From Octopus sinensis (Eukaryota), in NCBI RefSeq assembly GCF_006345805.1, contig NC_043009.1, positions 53,320,001 to 53,384,000 of the forward strand: 64,000 bases of DNA, given 5' to 3'. This document shows positions 39,976 through 54,638 of the stretch, in pieces (position 1 is the first letter of the stretch; every line of letters begins with the position of its first letter). A model generated the notes under the pieces. That model did no database searches and was not told where the DNA came from. It saw only the letters and a list, made by a program, of their open reading frames with translations. Both the position numbers and the translations under genes were made by a program.

Positions 39976-41237
39976 ACTGTATCTTATAATACACGTTTTA
40001 CTCTTCTGTTTCGTAGTATTTATACTTTTACTCTATCAAATTGGGGTGGCAGTATCCTAAAGAGTCATTACTCTTCGTAGTAAATATAGTATTTCATAGA
40101 TTATGGGTGGTATAACCTAAATCCATTCATTATTTGTCAAGGTATTAGATTATAGGTGCTGTATTCAAAATGCAGCCATCATTAGTGAAATTTTATCATT
40201 TGTCTGTCGGAGTTCTTGTGGTTGCGTTAGTATCTAGTTGGGAACATTATAACTGAAACTGTGACAGCATATTAAATACATAGTGCCTAATATTTCATAT
40301 GAATGTCGCAGCTTTTTTGGTAAGTTTATGTACTATTTCTCATCGGTAGCTTACAACGTTTAGTAGTCAATACCCCAAAGTTATTTAAGTTATCTGATTG
40401 TCTTCCAATTGAAATTTGTATACGACTGCAGTCTTGCTTAATATAGCAGTTAAATGTATGAACAACAAGCAGTAACAAAACAGAGAGTCTCAGATGGAAT
40501 CTTCATTCATTTTGAAAATATTTTACAGTGGATTTCAGAACATTTGGACGTTTTCATATGGTTGGCGGAGTTAATATAAAAGATCTGTTTATGGATATAT
40601 TTTTCATTTCAGGTGTGTATACATTCATCTCAATACGCGTACCAGAGGAACTAGAAATGTTCTTCTTGGACAACGCAATATGTGGAGGTACAACGGGAAA
40701 AGAAGACAAAGTCAACTAAACAAGGGAAGACATTTACAATTTACAAAGTCAACTAAACAAGGGCATACATTTACAATTTGTCAAAACAGAAACCTAATAT
40801 TCTTTGCAGAAGTGAACACAGAGAGTATTAATAACCACCGCTAGTTGCCTGCTATATATATATATTGTTGTATTTCGGAATGGTCATTTTGCCAGTTTAG
40901 CCAATAAAAACACACGCACTATATATTTGGTGTTACTTTACTTCAGTGTTATTTATTTTTTACGTTAAACTTAATCTTATTTCGGCCAGAGTTCTTTCGT
41001 CACACTCCTGTGACCGCATCAGTGTCCTTGCTTTCTTCTTCTTATTTGTGTGTCTCTCTTCTTACAACCGTCGGCTATTTTGTATTTCTATTGTATGTGT
41101 CTTCATTTGCGCATGCGTATATCTCTATGTGCGTCTATGTTTAGTTAGTGTGTATTTTATTTTTACTATATATTTTATTCCGAAATAAAACATCTGTTTC
41201 AACATAGGAGTTCACATAAAAAATCTTGCACAACAAA

Positions 41238-41272
<35 letters not shown>

Positions 41273-41385
41273 ATATATATATACATATGTATACACACAT
41301 ATGTAAATATATATGTACATACATACATATATATATATATATGTATTATGTATGTATATGTATGTGTGTGTATGTTTGTGTGTGC

Positions 41386-41422
<37 letters not shown>

Positions 41423-42016
41423 TTAAAATGGTATAATTTCAATATATATATAAATATATTAAAAGAAATAGGAATATACAATTCACATATTAATTTATGA
41501 ATATCATAATATAACATAATTATACTATAAAAAGTATAATATAATACGACAAATAATTAAAACAAATATATATATCTTACAAATTGTTTCGATTCATATC
41601 CAGTACTGAATTTATAAATATTCACATTTATGCATATGTGTCTCGTCAAGGAAATATTTGTCTAAATAACAGACAAGAAATTCATGCAAGGACTGCTAAA
41701 TCATAAAACAGACTGGTTTCAAATATACCTATTAACAAGCATGAGTGTTAATAATTTAAAAACACAGTAAATATAATAAAAACAGAAACAAAATTCAAAT
41801 AGATAAAATAAATAAACAAACCTATTACAACGGTCATAGAATGTTCTTATGCATCTTTAATAATACTAATCTAAAGATATTTTCATCTAAAATACTCACT
41901 GCCCATTTTTATTATATAATAAAATCTATATAATATGTTAAGAATTTATGGTAGAATAAAAAATATATTTTATTTAAAATTCTATTTACTATTATGAAAA
42001 AATAAATAAGGATATA

Positions 42017-42582
42017 TTGGGTTGTCCGGAAAGTTCGTGCCGATTTTTAAAGGAAAGAAAAAGGTCAATAAATACATGCCGTTACATTTTTAATCAACCA
42101 AATATGAACCATTTTGTTGCACAATGCGTCTCCATCTTTCCTTTAACTTGAAAATACCCTCTTCCCAGAATTGAGGTGGTTTCATGGCAAAGAATTCATC
42201 AAGGTATTTTTTTACGTCATCCAAGGAATTGAAATTTTTACCATTAACACTATTCTGCAGAGACCTGAATAAGAGGAAATCCGAAGGAACAATATCTGGT
42301 GAATATGGAGGGTGGGGTAACACATCCCAGCCGAGCTGCAGCAATTTTTGTCTGGTTCCCAAAGCATCAAGTGCCGAAAATGAACTTTCTTATCTTCCAT
42401 TTTAACGGGTTACAGATTTAACACAGGTTATAGGAACATAAATCTTCTTCCACGAAAAGATAGCTTGAACTGTGCTCTAAATGGAGGTGTAGTCAAATCC
42501 TATTTTATGGACTCAACCATGTTCTAAAATAAGTCAAAAGGTAAGCTACTATTAATCGGCACGAACTTTCCGGACAACCCAA
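42017..42582 (-). mobile_element. Internally deleted mariner (DD34D) with perfect 29-bp TIRs and TA duplication
   Basis: TIR TTGGGTTGTCCGGAAAGTTCGTGCCGATT at both ends; MEDKKVHFRHLMLW joined to TRQKLLQLGWDVLPHPPYSPD..ERWRRIVQQNGSY*. Confidence 0.93.
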
Positions 42583-42906
42583 TATATTTTATCCAGGCAC
42601 TAAATTCATTAAAAACACTTTTAATCAACAAGCCATTAATTCAGAAGTTTCTACTCCATACGCCGATGTTAAAGAAATGTATAAAGTTACGATTATTATA
42701 AACTATTCTATTTCTTACATAAAAATGATAATAATATATAAATAAATAAAGTACCAGAATTTTACTTAGTTTTACAGAAGGAAATAAATTAGAGTAAACC
42801 AATAGTTTTTCTATTCTATAATTATTATGTGTATACAAGTTCGAAAGAACATAATATGATAACATATATGCAATATTATAGGGTCTACGAGAAATATTTA
42901 TATTAT

Positions 42907-42937
<31 letters not shown>

Positions 42938-43519
42938 TAATAATTATTCAAAAAGATATATAATTATATTTAAGAATTATTATAATCTATTTATGCGTAC
43001 TAATATAAACATTATTCTTAATAAATAACAAGTAAAAAATGCAAATTTACTTAGTTTATCAGAGGAAAATATCACTGTCAATCAATGTTTAAATACATAT
43101 ACACATAATACACCTGCACACACATATGCATAAATACATGGATACACATACATATATGCATACGCATATATATACACACATATACATTAATGTCAGCTTT
43201 TAGTTATAATAAAAATATATTTTCATGATTAGTTTTTCTAGAGTCCATATTTATTTATACTTGGGTCACGGAGAAACTCTGAGTTTCCTAGCAACAGAGT
43301 TTTGGAAAGCTTTGGCTGCTATTTCTTGCACGCCCTACTACCACGTGACAGGTATTTCGGGTCCTTTATTGCAAATAGTTGTTACGTAGTAGCAGGGCGT
43401 GCTTGAAATAGTAGCCAAATCTTTGGAGGTGAGATGCGTTGAATACACTCGAAAAAAAAACAGAAAATTTCACACTGAGGAAAAATCGACCGTATTTTTG
43501 CTTTTCCCTTGGATAACAT

Positions 43520-43655
43520 CGATGGCATGAAGAGGGGAGGTTGGGTGTGCGTGGGTGACTGCTGGTCTTCCATAAACAACCTTGCCCAGACTTGTGCCTC
43601 AGAGGGTACCTTTCTAGGTGCAATCCCATGGTCATTCATGACCGAAGGGGATCAC
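43520..43655 (+). mobile_element. Probable LINE/SINE 3' tail fragment (RTE-like)
   Basis: GACTGCTGGTCTTCCATAAACAACCTTGCCCAGACTTGTGCC..GGTGCAATCCCATGGTCATTC is recalled as an interspersed retro tail; single copy here. Confidence 0.4.
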
Positions 43656-43986
43656 AATTGTTTGTTCTAACGGAATATCTGCGTTTAAGAAGCGATAACT
43701 ATTACATTAAACTGTATCCAAGAGTGAGGTACCAGTTATGCTGTCTCGGATTTTTGGGGAGCGCGAAGCCACTCGCTAATTAGCATTATTCGCAGGTTCA
43801 CTTTGAGCAGGAACAGTAATATCTGTCAGGATTACATCTATATTTCAAATAGAATTTTTCAGCTGTAGGTGGGGGTTCATGTAGGATGCTATTCTAGGAA
43901 GAAGATACTTTGACATAAAACTTGCTGTCAAAATAACGTCAGTCACGTTGCTGTGTTTGTCACTAGAATGTACCATGGCGACAGAA

Positions 43987-44047
<61 letters not shown>

Positions 44048-44340
44048 TTGTACACTCAAATCCAATGACGTATTTCAGTTTCTTGATCCGCCTTGCGTTT
44101 AATAAGGTCCTATGGCAATTGATGTCTGGCATGAGAAGTCATATCAGCGCACATGCAAGAATGAAAGTAATCCAAAACAACCAAAGTGAATATCAGACTC
44201 TAACAGCTGAAAAGATGAGGCAGTCATCGGCATCATCATCATTACATATATGTATATGTATAGTTGATGATCATGATGATGACGATTGCTGCAAACTGTC
44301 ACATAGTAACCGTCTCATATTCGCGTTGATTGTTTACACA

Positions 44341-44376
<36 letters not shown>

Positions 44377-44377
44377 T

Positions 44378-44433
<56 letters not shown>

Positions 44434-44613
44434 TATAAATATATATGCGTGTGCGTGTGTGTTTTTCTGTGTGTAATAATATATATGTTGTGTATTAAGG
44501 TAAGTATTTATAAATATATATATTTGATATATAGTCGTGGGTACATATATATATATATATATATATGGTGGTGTGGTGTATGTGTATAGGCATGTCTGTA
44601 TGTATGCATATAT

Positions 44614-44647
<34 letters not shown>

Positions 44648-44877
44648 ATGTATGTTGATATATATTGGTATATATTCGTATGTATGCGCATATATATATA
44701 TAATATATATTATATATATATATGTAAATTTGTAAATAATATTAATAGAAACATATAGTTTGTACACTCACACACACGCATATATATGCATATGTGTATA
44801 TAAATGTGTGTTTATATGTATATATATGTATATATATATATAACTGCATAATAATATCTATAACTATATCTATATCA

Positions 44878-44947
<70 letters not shown>

Positions 44948-44948
44948 A

Positions 44949-45043
<95 letters not shown>

Positions 45044-45080
45044 ATGTGTGTGCGTGTGTGAGCGTGTCTGTGTGTCTATG

Positions 45081-45232
45081 TGGGAGTGGCTGTATGGTAA
45101 GTAACTTGCTTTCCAACCACATGGTTCCGGGGTCAAAGCCAATGCGTGGCACCTAAGGCAAATGTCTTCTACTATAGCCTCGGGTCGAACAAAACCTTGT
45201 GAGTGGCAACTGACGAAAACTGAATGAAGTTA

Positions 45233-45276
<44 letters not shown>

Positions 45277-45515
45277 GTATGTGTATGTACCCCTGTATGT
45301 ATGTGTGCGTATGTGTGTTTATGTGTATTTGTGTGTATCTCTTTGTCCCTCCCATCATCACCTGACAACCGATGTTCGCATATTTATGTCCCTGTAAACT
45401 AGCGGTTCGGCAGAATAAGTACTAGGCTTTCAAAGAAAAGATTCTGGTATCGATTTGTTCGACTAAAGGTGGTGCTCTAGCGCGGCCTCAATCAAATGAC
45501 TGTAACAAGTAAAAA
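45081..45515 (+). mobile_element. SINE family A, diverged
   Basis: Head, internal TA/TG tract and tail all align with other copies. Confidence 0.85.
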
Positions 45516-45584
45516 ATGAAAGTATAACTACACACCCACGCGCGCGTACACACGCACGCACACACACACACACACACACATATT

Positions 45585-45781
45585 CTTTCATTCTTTTATT
45601 TGTTTCAGTCATTTGACTGCGGCCATGCTGAAGCACCGCCTTTAGTCGAGCAAATTAACCCCGGGACTCATTCTTTGCAAGCGTAGTACTTATTCTATCT
45701 CTTTTGCTGAACCGCTAAGTTACGGAGACGTAAACACACCAGCACCGGTTGTCAAGCCATGGTGAGGGACAAACACATACA

Positions 45782-45785
<4 letters not shown>
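45585..45785 (-). mobile_element. SINE family A, 3' half
   Basis: Tail aligns; sequence stops at the internal microsatellite. Confidence 0.85.
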
Positions 45786-45835
<50 letters not shown>

Positions 45836-45921
45836 GTGGTGCGTGTGTGTGTGTGCATGTGTCTGTTCGTGTGTATTTGTATATATATATTATATGTTAG
45901 ATATATTATATATATATATAT

Positions 45922-45952
<31 letters not shown>

Positions 45953-46029
45953 TATATATATAGAGAGAGAGATATATAGATATATATATTATATATATAT
46001 AATATATATTACATATATAGATATATATA

Positions 46030-46069
<40 letters not shown>

Positions 46070-46071
<2 letters not shown>

Positions 46072-47275
46072 TATTCAAATGGTATTTGGTGACGTATGCA
46101 TTTGTGTAATTAATTTTATTTGACTAATTTTTATTGAACTTCTTCTTCAGAAAATTACACTGACAGGCCCTACGCTTGCTAATGAAATGAAAACGCATGC
46201 TGTGATTGTGGCTTTGAAGATTATGAGTGGTGATTTACAAATTTCTCGTTTTATGAAGGTTGCAGGATCTTTTGTCCACAAGATTCGGTGTGAGTTAAAG
46301 AAAGATGGAAGCGTATTACCCGTATCAAAATTTAAAAATTAAAAAAAAGACACATTCCATACGCTTTGATTCTATCAGGACACATCAGAAAATCAATGAA
46401 GTTAATTGCAAAACAATTTCTTGTGTCAGAAAAAAAAAACAATCGGAATTGTTGTGTATGAAGATATCAGATACAAATCTTACGTGATGAGGAAAGGTCA
46501 ATTCATGTCAGAGAAAAACAAAAGAAAACAGTTTAATCAGATCCAAAAACTTTTGAGCAAACTTAAAAATCCATCAGATCATGGTGTGATTTGGTTTTTC
46601 TCAGATGCGAAAAACTTTGACGAGGACCAGAAAACTAACAGAAGAAATGACTGATGGCTATGTGCAGACCCTTCTGAGGCCCCAAAGAGTAATGCGCCCA
46701 AAGTTTCATGAAAGTATCATGGTCTTGGGTTAGCAACGAAGGGCATGTGATGCCTCCACAAGGCCTTAGGGTGAATGCTGCTGCGTACATTGATGTCCTG
46801 AATAATGTTGTTAAGCCTTGGATCAACAGTGTATGCAATGAAAGGATTTATGTCTTTCAACAAGATTCTGCACCATTGCAAAAGGCTCAAATGACACAAG
46901 AATATATGGCCGACAATTGTGCATGATTAGATCCCCCCTTCAACATTTGGCTTACTAATTCTCCAGACCTCAATCCACAGGGCTACTATGCCAGTGAACA
47001 GCCGCATAGCACCAAAGATTATTTGAAAGCCGGAATAATTTCAATCATGTTTGATATGAACAAGGACCAATTAATCAGAGCTTGTAAACGATTTCAACCC
47101 CAAGGAGAGGTTGTTAATGATGTATATGGTGGTTTTATTAAATGAAATTATTAAATTGATAATTTAGCTTTATGTTTATGTTATTTATATAAAGATACAA
47201 TTTTTTTTTTCTGTTATTATATTAAGCGTTTCATTTTAAAACATAAATCTGTACTCAAATATCGTCCGCACCCTG
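46070..47275 (+). mobile_element. Decayed DD37D (maT-like) transposon, left TIR lost
   Basis: KRHAVIVAL, WFFSDAKNF, SNEGHVMPP, YVFQQDSAP, NSPDLNP; right end AATATCGTCCGCACCCTG|TA. Confidence 0.85.
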
Positions 47276-47294
47276 TATATATACGTATATCATT

Positions 47295-47524
47295 TTCTAC
47301 TTTTCTTCTTTTACTTGTTTCGGTCATTTGATTGAGGCCATCCTGGAGCAACGAGCACATCAACCCCAGGACTTATTTCTTGAGACTAGTGCATACACTA
47401 TCCGTCACTTTTGCAGAAACGCTAGGTTACAGTGACGTAAACAGGCCCACACCAATTGTCAAGGGGTGATGGAGAGACAAACACCGACACAACGATACAC
47501 ACACATAGATTTACACAGGCACAT

Positions 47525-47562
<38 letters not shown>

Positions 47563-47645
47563 GACAGGTATCGTTTAGTTTCCGTCTACCAAATCCACAG
47601 ACTAGTTTTTGCGCGGGCCGAGACTATAGTAGAAGACACGTGCAT
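47295..47645 (-). mobile_element. SINE family A, old and truncated
   Basis: Degenerate tail and centre. Confidence 0.7.
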
Positions 47646-47699
47646 ATATATACATACATACATACATACATACATACATACATACATACATTACTATTT

Positions 47700-48085
47700 T
47701 ACTATTTTACTTGTTTCAGTCATTTGACTGCGGCCATGCTGGAGCACCGCCTTTAATCGAGCAGATCGACCCCGGGACTTATTCTTTTGTAAGCCCAGTA
47801 CTTATACTATCGGTCTCTTTTGCTGAACCGTTAAGTAACGGGGACATAAACACACCAACATCGGTTGTTAAGCAATGCTAGGGGGACAAACACAGACACA
47901 CAAACACACACACGCATATATATATATATACATATATACGAGGGGCTTCTTTTCAGTTTCCGTCTACCAAATCCACTCACAAGACTTTATCGGCCCGAGG
48001 CTATAGTAGAAGACACTTGCCCAAGGTGCCACGCAGTGGGACTGAACCCGGAACCATGTGGTTAGTAAACAAGCTACTTACCACA
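47700..48085 (-). mobile_element. SINE family A
   Basis: Aligns with 29302-29738. Confidence 0.9.
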
Positions 48086-48730
48086 CACACACACACACAC
48101 ACACACGCACATATATATATATACTTACAACATCTACGATGGACGTAATTTTATATATTATAGAGTTGTATTTTCACCCACACCTATGCATCTAACTGCA
48201 CATATATACATATCCATGCAAGCACACACACAAGCATACAGATACACAAGCACACGCATACAGGTATATATTTACATATATATATACGTATATTTGTATG
48301 TTTGTGTGTGGGTGTGTATGTGTTCTTGTGTGTGTATGTGTGTGTGTCTGTGTGTTTTGAAGTTTGTGTAAGCTAAAAATATTTCTCTGTCTTACGTCAG
48401 AAATAGCTCAACCAATCATCATTCTTTCTCATACACCCACGCCCACACATGTAATGTGTCTAAGATATGGTATAGGAAGTTATATGCGTACACACACACG
48501 CACACACACTCGCAGACATATATACATACACACATACACACACACATATATATATGTGTTTATCTATATATATTATATATATATATATATATACACATAT
48601 ATGTTATATATGTCTATATAATATGCATATATATATACATATATATGTATACATATATACATATATATATGCATATATATATAATATACATATATATGTA
48701 TACACACACACACACACACACAACACACAC

Positions 48731-48763
<33 letters not shown>

Positions 48764-49400
48764 TATAGTATACGTATATATTTCTGTAGTGTTCAGCTCA
48801 GAGCTACGACCATGCTGATGCACCGTCGTTTTGACGAGTTTCAGGGCATTTGCCCCTTATCAATGCTGAGCAGCCGAACTCAGCAGGCATAAATTTAAAT
48901 AATAAGGGTGAAAAATACTTTGTATCTTTTCATTTGTCTTGCTCGTTTACGTTCTGGCGTCTGCTGAATTTTCTTGAGAACAATCTTTTCTTAGTGGTCA
49001 GACCATATGGGTGTCTACCATTAGCATAATGGATTTCCACTTAGTGGTCATTCCTCTTATATGTATGTAAGTATAAATATATGTATATATATGTATATAT
49101 ATATACACACATAAATATACATACATAAATATATGTATATATATATATATATATATATAGTATATATATAATATATATAATATATATATACGCATAGAAA
49201 GACCCATAAGTTTTACGTATCGATATTTGCATGTGTATCACATATCTATCTATTTATATATAGACAGACCGCGATGCACTTACTTTTGTCGTAAATTATG
49301 AGTTTATAATCCAAATATACTCAAGTACTTCTTAGTATATATATATCTATCTATCTACCTACTTACCTACCTACCTACACACACATACATATACCAGTGT

Positions 49401-49488
<88 letters not shown>

Positions 49489-49851
49489 ATAATACACACA
49501 TATATATATACACATATACATATATTAATTCATCTATATATGCTGTTTTTATGGGTGTATACACAGCTACACAACACAACCCACACACACCCGCATATAT
49601 TCTGTATGTGTGGTTATACGTACTTTTAGTTATTTCTGCTTCGAACTATTCGTTTTCTATTTAACGTCTATTCAACGTTTTTCATCCATCTGTCTTCTTC
49701 AAATCTTGAAACATGAAAACAATTCAAATCCAAGCATAATTAGGATACTTCCCCATTACCAAACAGATTCAGCGTCTCTACAACCATCATACCCAGAACC
49801 ATAATCACCTATATCTTCGTTATGCTATTACCACTCTCACCGTCGCCGTCG

Positions 49852-49884
<33 letters not shown>

Positions 49885-50478
49885 CTATAATCGCCATCAA
49901 TACCATTGTTGCCAGTCCATATACCACTACCCCCGTATTTATCTTACCTCAGAAGCCTTACGCCTACCATCACCAACATTATCTCCAAGACCAGAGCCGG
50001 TACAATTAGTACTATTGCTATCATCACCATTGCTACCAATATCCCTTCCTCTACTATCTCCACCATACTACCACCTCCATCACTACCAATATCCGTTCTC
50101 GCCACAACCAACACCATCACGACGACGACGACAACGGCCGCCACCACACACACACATATAGATTCAGATGAATTAGGTACTTAAGTTGAGGCACCAGAAT
50201 TTAGTACGTTATTATCCATACACTTTCAAAGTAAGGTGATTAAAATCAAAATATGCAACAGGATATCCAGAGGTAATGCAGTGCGATCGTTTCAATTGTA
50301 TAGAGTTAATCTATTTTTTCGTTATTTTTCATTTGTCCTGCCCGCTTACATTCTTGGCGTGTTGAATTAATGCTTGAGAACAATTCTTTAGTGGTGGATT
50401 CCCTTTGCAGATCTATTTCTAGCGTTAGAGTGACCACATGTGGTCCTCCCTCTTATTACTTGGTATATATATACATAC

Positions 50479-50523
<45 letters not shown>

Positions 50524-52262
50524 ATCTCTGAACGAGGTATATATATATATAAATGTTATCAGTATCCATACTCCAAACGAAAGCACTCTAAAAGAAAATA
50601 TACGTTTAAATTGTACTGTGAAGCAGTATATTCCTGGTTATGGCGTATAACTAGTGAGAATGTTACTGACGAATTTCCGTTGACTATTGCACTTGGCAAT
50701 ATTAACGACTTTTAAGTACTAGAGATGACATATGATGTCTTTATCTGCGTGTATGTTCAGAGAGAGTTGGTGAGATGGAGTCGGCTTGTATAAAGCGGAA
50801 TGTGTAGAATTTCATGATGTACATGATCAGATACTGTTGCTCTCGCAGTACAAGTATGTGAGGGACAGAGGAAATAGAGACGGGAGAGAGAGAGAGAGAG
50901 AGGACGAGGGATTGAGAAATAAATAAATAGATAGATAGATAGATAGATAGATATAGAGGGAGATGGAGAATTAGAAAGAGAGCGACAGAGAGAGAGAGAG
51001 AGAGACAAACATATGGACAGGCATAAAATTGTATCTATAAGTTCGTAGTGATTTTTAAAATTCGAAACCCAGATATTATAATAGCGAGAAAGAAGCCATG
51101 GCATATCAGGTGACTTACTTTGAATTTTGATCAATTAGATTTCAGATTCATCGTGTGACCGCGTCATTTGAATGGGAGTTTCCACGCATATTCCCTTCAA
51201 AATATCGTCATAAATATAGATGCACAGCATAAATATTTTGAGAGAAGGCAAGGGTACAAGGGAAGATAGGTGTATGCAGAAAATTCTTGGATGCTGCTCA
51301 GCCTTGTGTTAAAATGAAACTCTTCGTCTAAAACGGACACAAAACTTGAACATATAACGATATCCTTTCTAGTCAGCATACATTTACGCCTCTTGCCAAA
51401 TATAGGTACGTAGGTACGTTCAGGGCATTCACCTTGATACTCTCTGCAATCAATCTCTATTGTGTGTATTTATATAAATAAATGGATTCAATGAAAACTA
51501 TGACTCGGATATTATATGCAAACAGCACGCAGCCTAAATAAAATATCAACTTTCCTTCCTAACCAAGACACAAGCTTATAGTCGTTATCTGTATGATTTT
51601 CATTCTTTTTGTCGAAGCAGCAACTTCCCAAATATGTGAATTGTATTACAATGTGGGCTTTATGTTCCTCTGTCCTCCGTATTAGAAACTGTTAAAACTG
51701 AAACATTTTCAATGATCATAGCCTTCATGATGCCGGTTTGGCAAGGTTATGCTTGTGAAGTCAACTTTGACCGATCGTTAGAAATACCGAAAAAAAAATT
51801 TGACAGGAAGGGATTAATTAAAGTCCTGTTCACATGCTGTGCAAAGTGGGTGCAGGACAACAGCGCAAGACCGTATTCTTGATGGGGATTGGTTTAAGGA
51901 TAATGTTATTTTTTAATATTTTTAACGCAGAATACATTGACAGGTTTACATTGGAGAATTTAGGTCCAGTTCCTTTGCAAAGGAAGTAGTGCACGTGTAC
52001 TTTGACACATTCAGGTTGCGCTTAATGGACGTAAGGTTAACGATGAATAAACGGGTTGTCATATGCAGAGTAAAGAAATATGTAAGGTTAAAGGTAACAA
52101 CAAACGGGTTGTTAATAAACAGAAATAAAGGGAAATATGAACTGAGCCTTGTTGTTCAACAGAATTGAAAAAAAATTGAGAGAAATTCTCTCCGTTGACG
52201 TACACTGTAAGGCAATAGTACGCGAGGAAAAGTTTCGTGAAATCTTCTTTGCGGAATACACG

Positions 52263-52430
52263 CAGGCATGGATGTGTTGTTAAGAAGCTTTCTTTGCAAC
52301 GGCGTGGTTTCGGGTTCAGTCACACTGCACGGCAATTGGAGTGTCTTTTAGCCTTAATCCTACGTCTACCAATGCCTTGTGAGTGTAATTTACACGCGAG
52401 GAAGACCGCCGTATAAATTTCAGTGTGGGT
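52263..52430 (+). mobile_element. SINE family A head, diverged
   Basis: GTGTTGTTAAGAAGCTT..GGGTTCAGTCACACTG..GCCTTGTGAGTG. Confidence 0.65.
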
Positions 52431-52433
52431 GTA

Positions 52434-52467
<34 letters not shown>

Positions 52468-52532
52468 ACACACACACACACACACACAACACACCCCACA
52501 CACACACATATATATATATATATATGTATATA

Positions 52533-52830
52533 GTGAGGGCGGATGGCTTAGTGGTAAGGGTGTTGCACTCACGATCTAGGGATCGTGATATCAATTTCCA
52601 GACTGAATGGTGCGTTGTGTTCTTGAGCAAAATTCTTCATCTCATGTTGCTCTGCGATCACCTTGACAAATTACTCCTGGTGCACACTGCACCTATTCAG
52701 ACAACGTGGATTTGATGGAGAGAAAGCGAGCTAATGTACGGTACAAGAATTTCATCACTATAAGCAAATCGTTTGTGCAGATCGTTCGGCAAAACTGAAC
52801 GCTCACACGTCGTCTGCGACACGAGAGACC

Positions 52831-52832
<2 letters not shown>
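52533..52832 (+). mobile_element. tRNA-derived SINE family D
   Basis: GGATGGCTTAGTGGTAAGGGTGTTGCACTCACG head followed by TGTGTTCTTGAGCAAAA..CATCTCATGTTGCTC core-like segment. Confidence 0.6.
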
Positions 52833-52859
<27 letters not shown>

Positions 52860-52867
<8 letters not shown>

Positions 52868-53245
52868 TCAAATTAATAATAAAAGGGTAAAATTAATTAA
52901 TTAATCAACCAATTAATTAATAAGTTTACCAAGTTGTTCGGTACGTTAAAAGAACCTTTTTAGCTAAAAATTATACAAATATTTTATAATTGTAAACATA
53001 ATTTTAATTAGGGGTCACTAATTGCTTCACCACATACCGAATTTAGAAATTGGAGTTAAAACTTCCTTTTCCACTACTCTAAGAATCTCCACGACAGTAA
53101 CACACTTTTTTACGTAGGCAAAGCGAAAAACAATGAATCAACACGACTCCGATTAGCCACAGACGCGTTTCGAAATTCTCTTCAGTGTAGCATTTCCAAT
53201 TTCCAAATGCATCTGTGTCTAATCGGAGCCGTGTTGATTCCTTTT
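52860..53245 (-). mobile_element. Diverged relative of the 14815-15719 element with terminal inverted duplication
   Basis: Shares AGGGT(G/A)AAATTAATTAATT, CCAAGT..TTCGG and CACCACA(C/T)ACCGAATTTAGAAAT; inverted arms 53135-53177 and 53198-53240. Confidence 0.7.
53156..53191 (-). ncRNA. Minimal 36-nt type I hammerhead ribozyme
   Basis: GCUACA-CUGAAGA-GAAUUUC-GAAAC-GC-GUC-UGUGGC: intact core, 6-bp stem I (one G-U), palindromic stem III ACGCGU, very short stem II. Confidence 0.75.
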
Positions 53246-53474
53246 AGACATTAAAGTGGCACTTCCTTAGACCTGCATCGAAGGTGCTCTTTTATATTGT
53301 ATGTCTGCCGGACGTTATCCTTTGCTTATATCGAGAGGGAACAAAACGTATATAAAAAAATAAATATTAGTGTGGGTAGTGTATGAGCAGGCTCTATAAA
53401 TTGAATGGGAGATGAAGGAACAGATGAAAAACAAATAAGAATTTATATTTATATATGTGTATGCATATATATGT

Positions 53475-53650
53475 GTGTGTCCGTCTTCCCTTCTCTGAAT
53501 CTTTCCTTTTCCTATGCTTCTGACGAAGAGCTCCGCTCGAAACGTTAAACCCTCCTTCTTCCTTTCCTTCCTGAGCGTCCAATAATACTATACTTGTTCC
53601 ACGTCCTCGCGTTGTGTTTTCTCTTTGTGTTTTCATGTTTGGATTAACTT
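53475..53650 (+). mobile_element. Short PLE-type terminal repeat with hammerhead-like motif
   Basis: Copy of the 32620-32810 family; CTGACGAA-GAGCTCCGCTC-GAAACGTT. Confidence 0.7.
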
Positions 53651-54204
53651 TATATATATTTACATATGTCTATATATGTACATATATGTATATGTGTGTG
53701 TTTGTGTACTTGTTTATGTGCGTGTACATGTGTGTAGAACTCTGACGAGGTGGAATGTTCTACTTGAGTATTTGTGAGTGTAAACGTAGTGCACAGCTGG
53801 AAAGAAAACCGCATGTAAAGATTATATCTTTATTATCAGGAATGGTACAATTATCGATAGGAATTTACAAATCACATTATTATAGAATTTCTTTTTAGAA
53901 ACTAAATAACATTAGAAATATTATGTAAATAATCAGCATAAATTCTATAATTATCTACAATAATTATATATTATCTATCGTATATAATACAGTTCAGATA
54001 TTCACATCATAATGCCTATAATCGATATAAACGTAATTTGAAAAGAAAATTCCGATATTTATAAACCCTTGTGTATATTTAACTGAAAAAAATTAATTTA
54101 AAAAGCATGACTGTGCAGTTGAGAAGCTTCCTCTGCAATCCTATGCTACTGTGTTCAGTCTCACTATGCGACACAAGGAATGAATATTTTCTGTTGTATC
54201 TCCT

Positions 54205-54531
54205 GTTCGACCAATTTATTTTATTGATCTGGAAAGGACGAAAGGCAAAGTCGACCTTGGTGGAATTTGAACTCAGAACTTCGCGACGGGCGAAATACCT
54301 ATTTCTTTACTACCCACAAGGGGATAAACACAGAAGGAACAAACAAGGACAGACAAACGGATTAAGTCAATTATATCGACCCCAGTGCGTAACTGGTACT
54401 TATTTAATCGATCCCGAAAGGATGAAAGGCAAAGTCGACCTCGGCGGAATTTGAACTCATAACGTAACGGCAGACAAAATACCGCGAAGCATTTCGCCCG
54501 GCGTGCTAACGTTTCTGCCAGCTCGCCGCCT
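54205..54531 (-). mobile_element. SINE family C: full copy (54300-54531) abutting a partial copy (54205-54300)
   Basis: GAAAGGCAAAGTCGACCT..GGAATTTGAACTCA occurs twice. Confidence 0.85.

Positions 54532-54638
<107 letters not shown>

Noticed and set aside
40528-40719. Plus-strand 63-aa ORF with an exon-like look
   Set aside because: Weak donor, no recognisable motif
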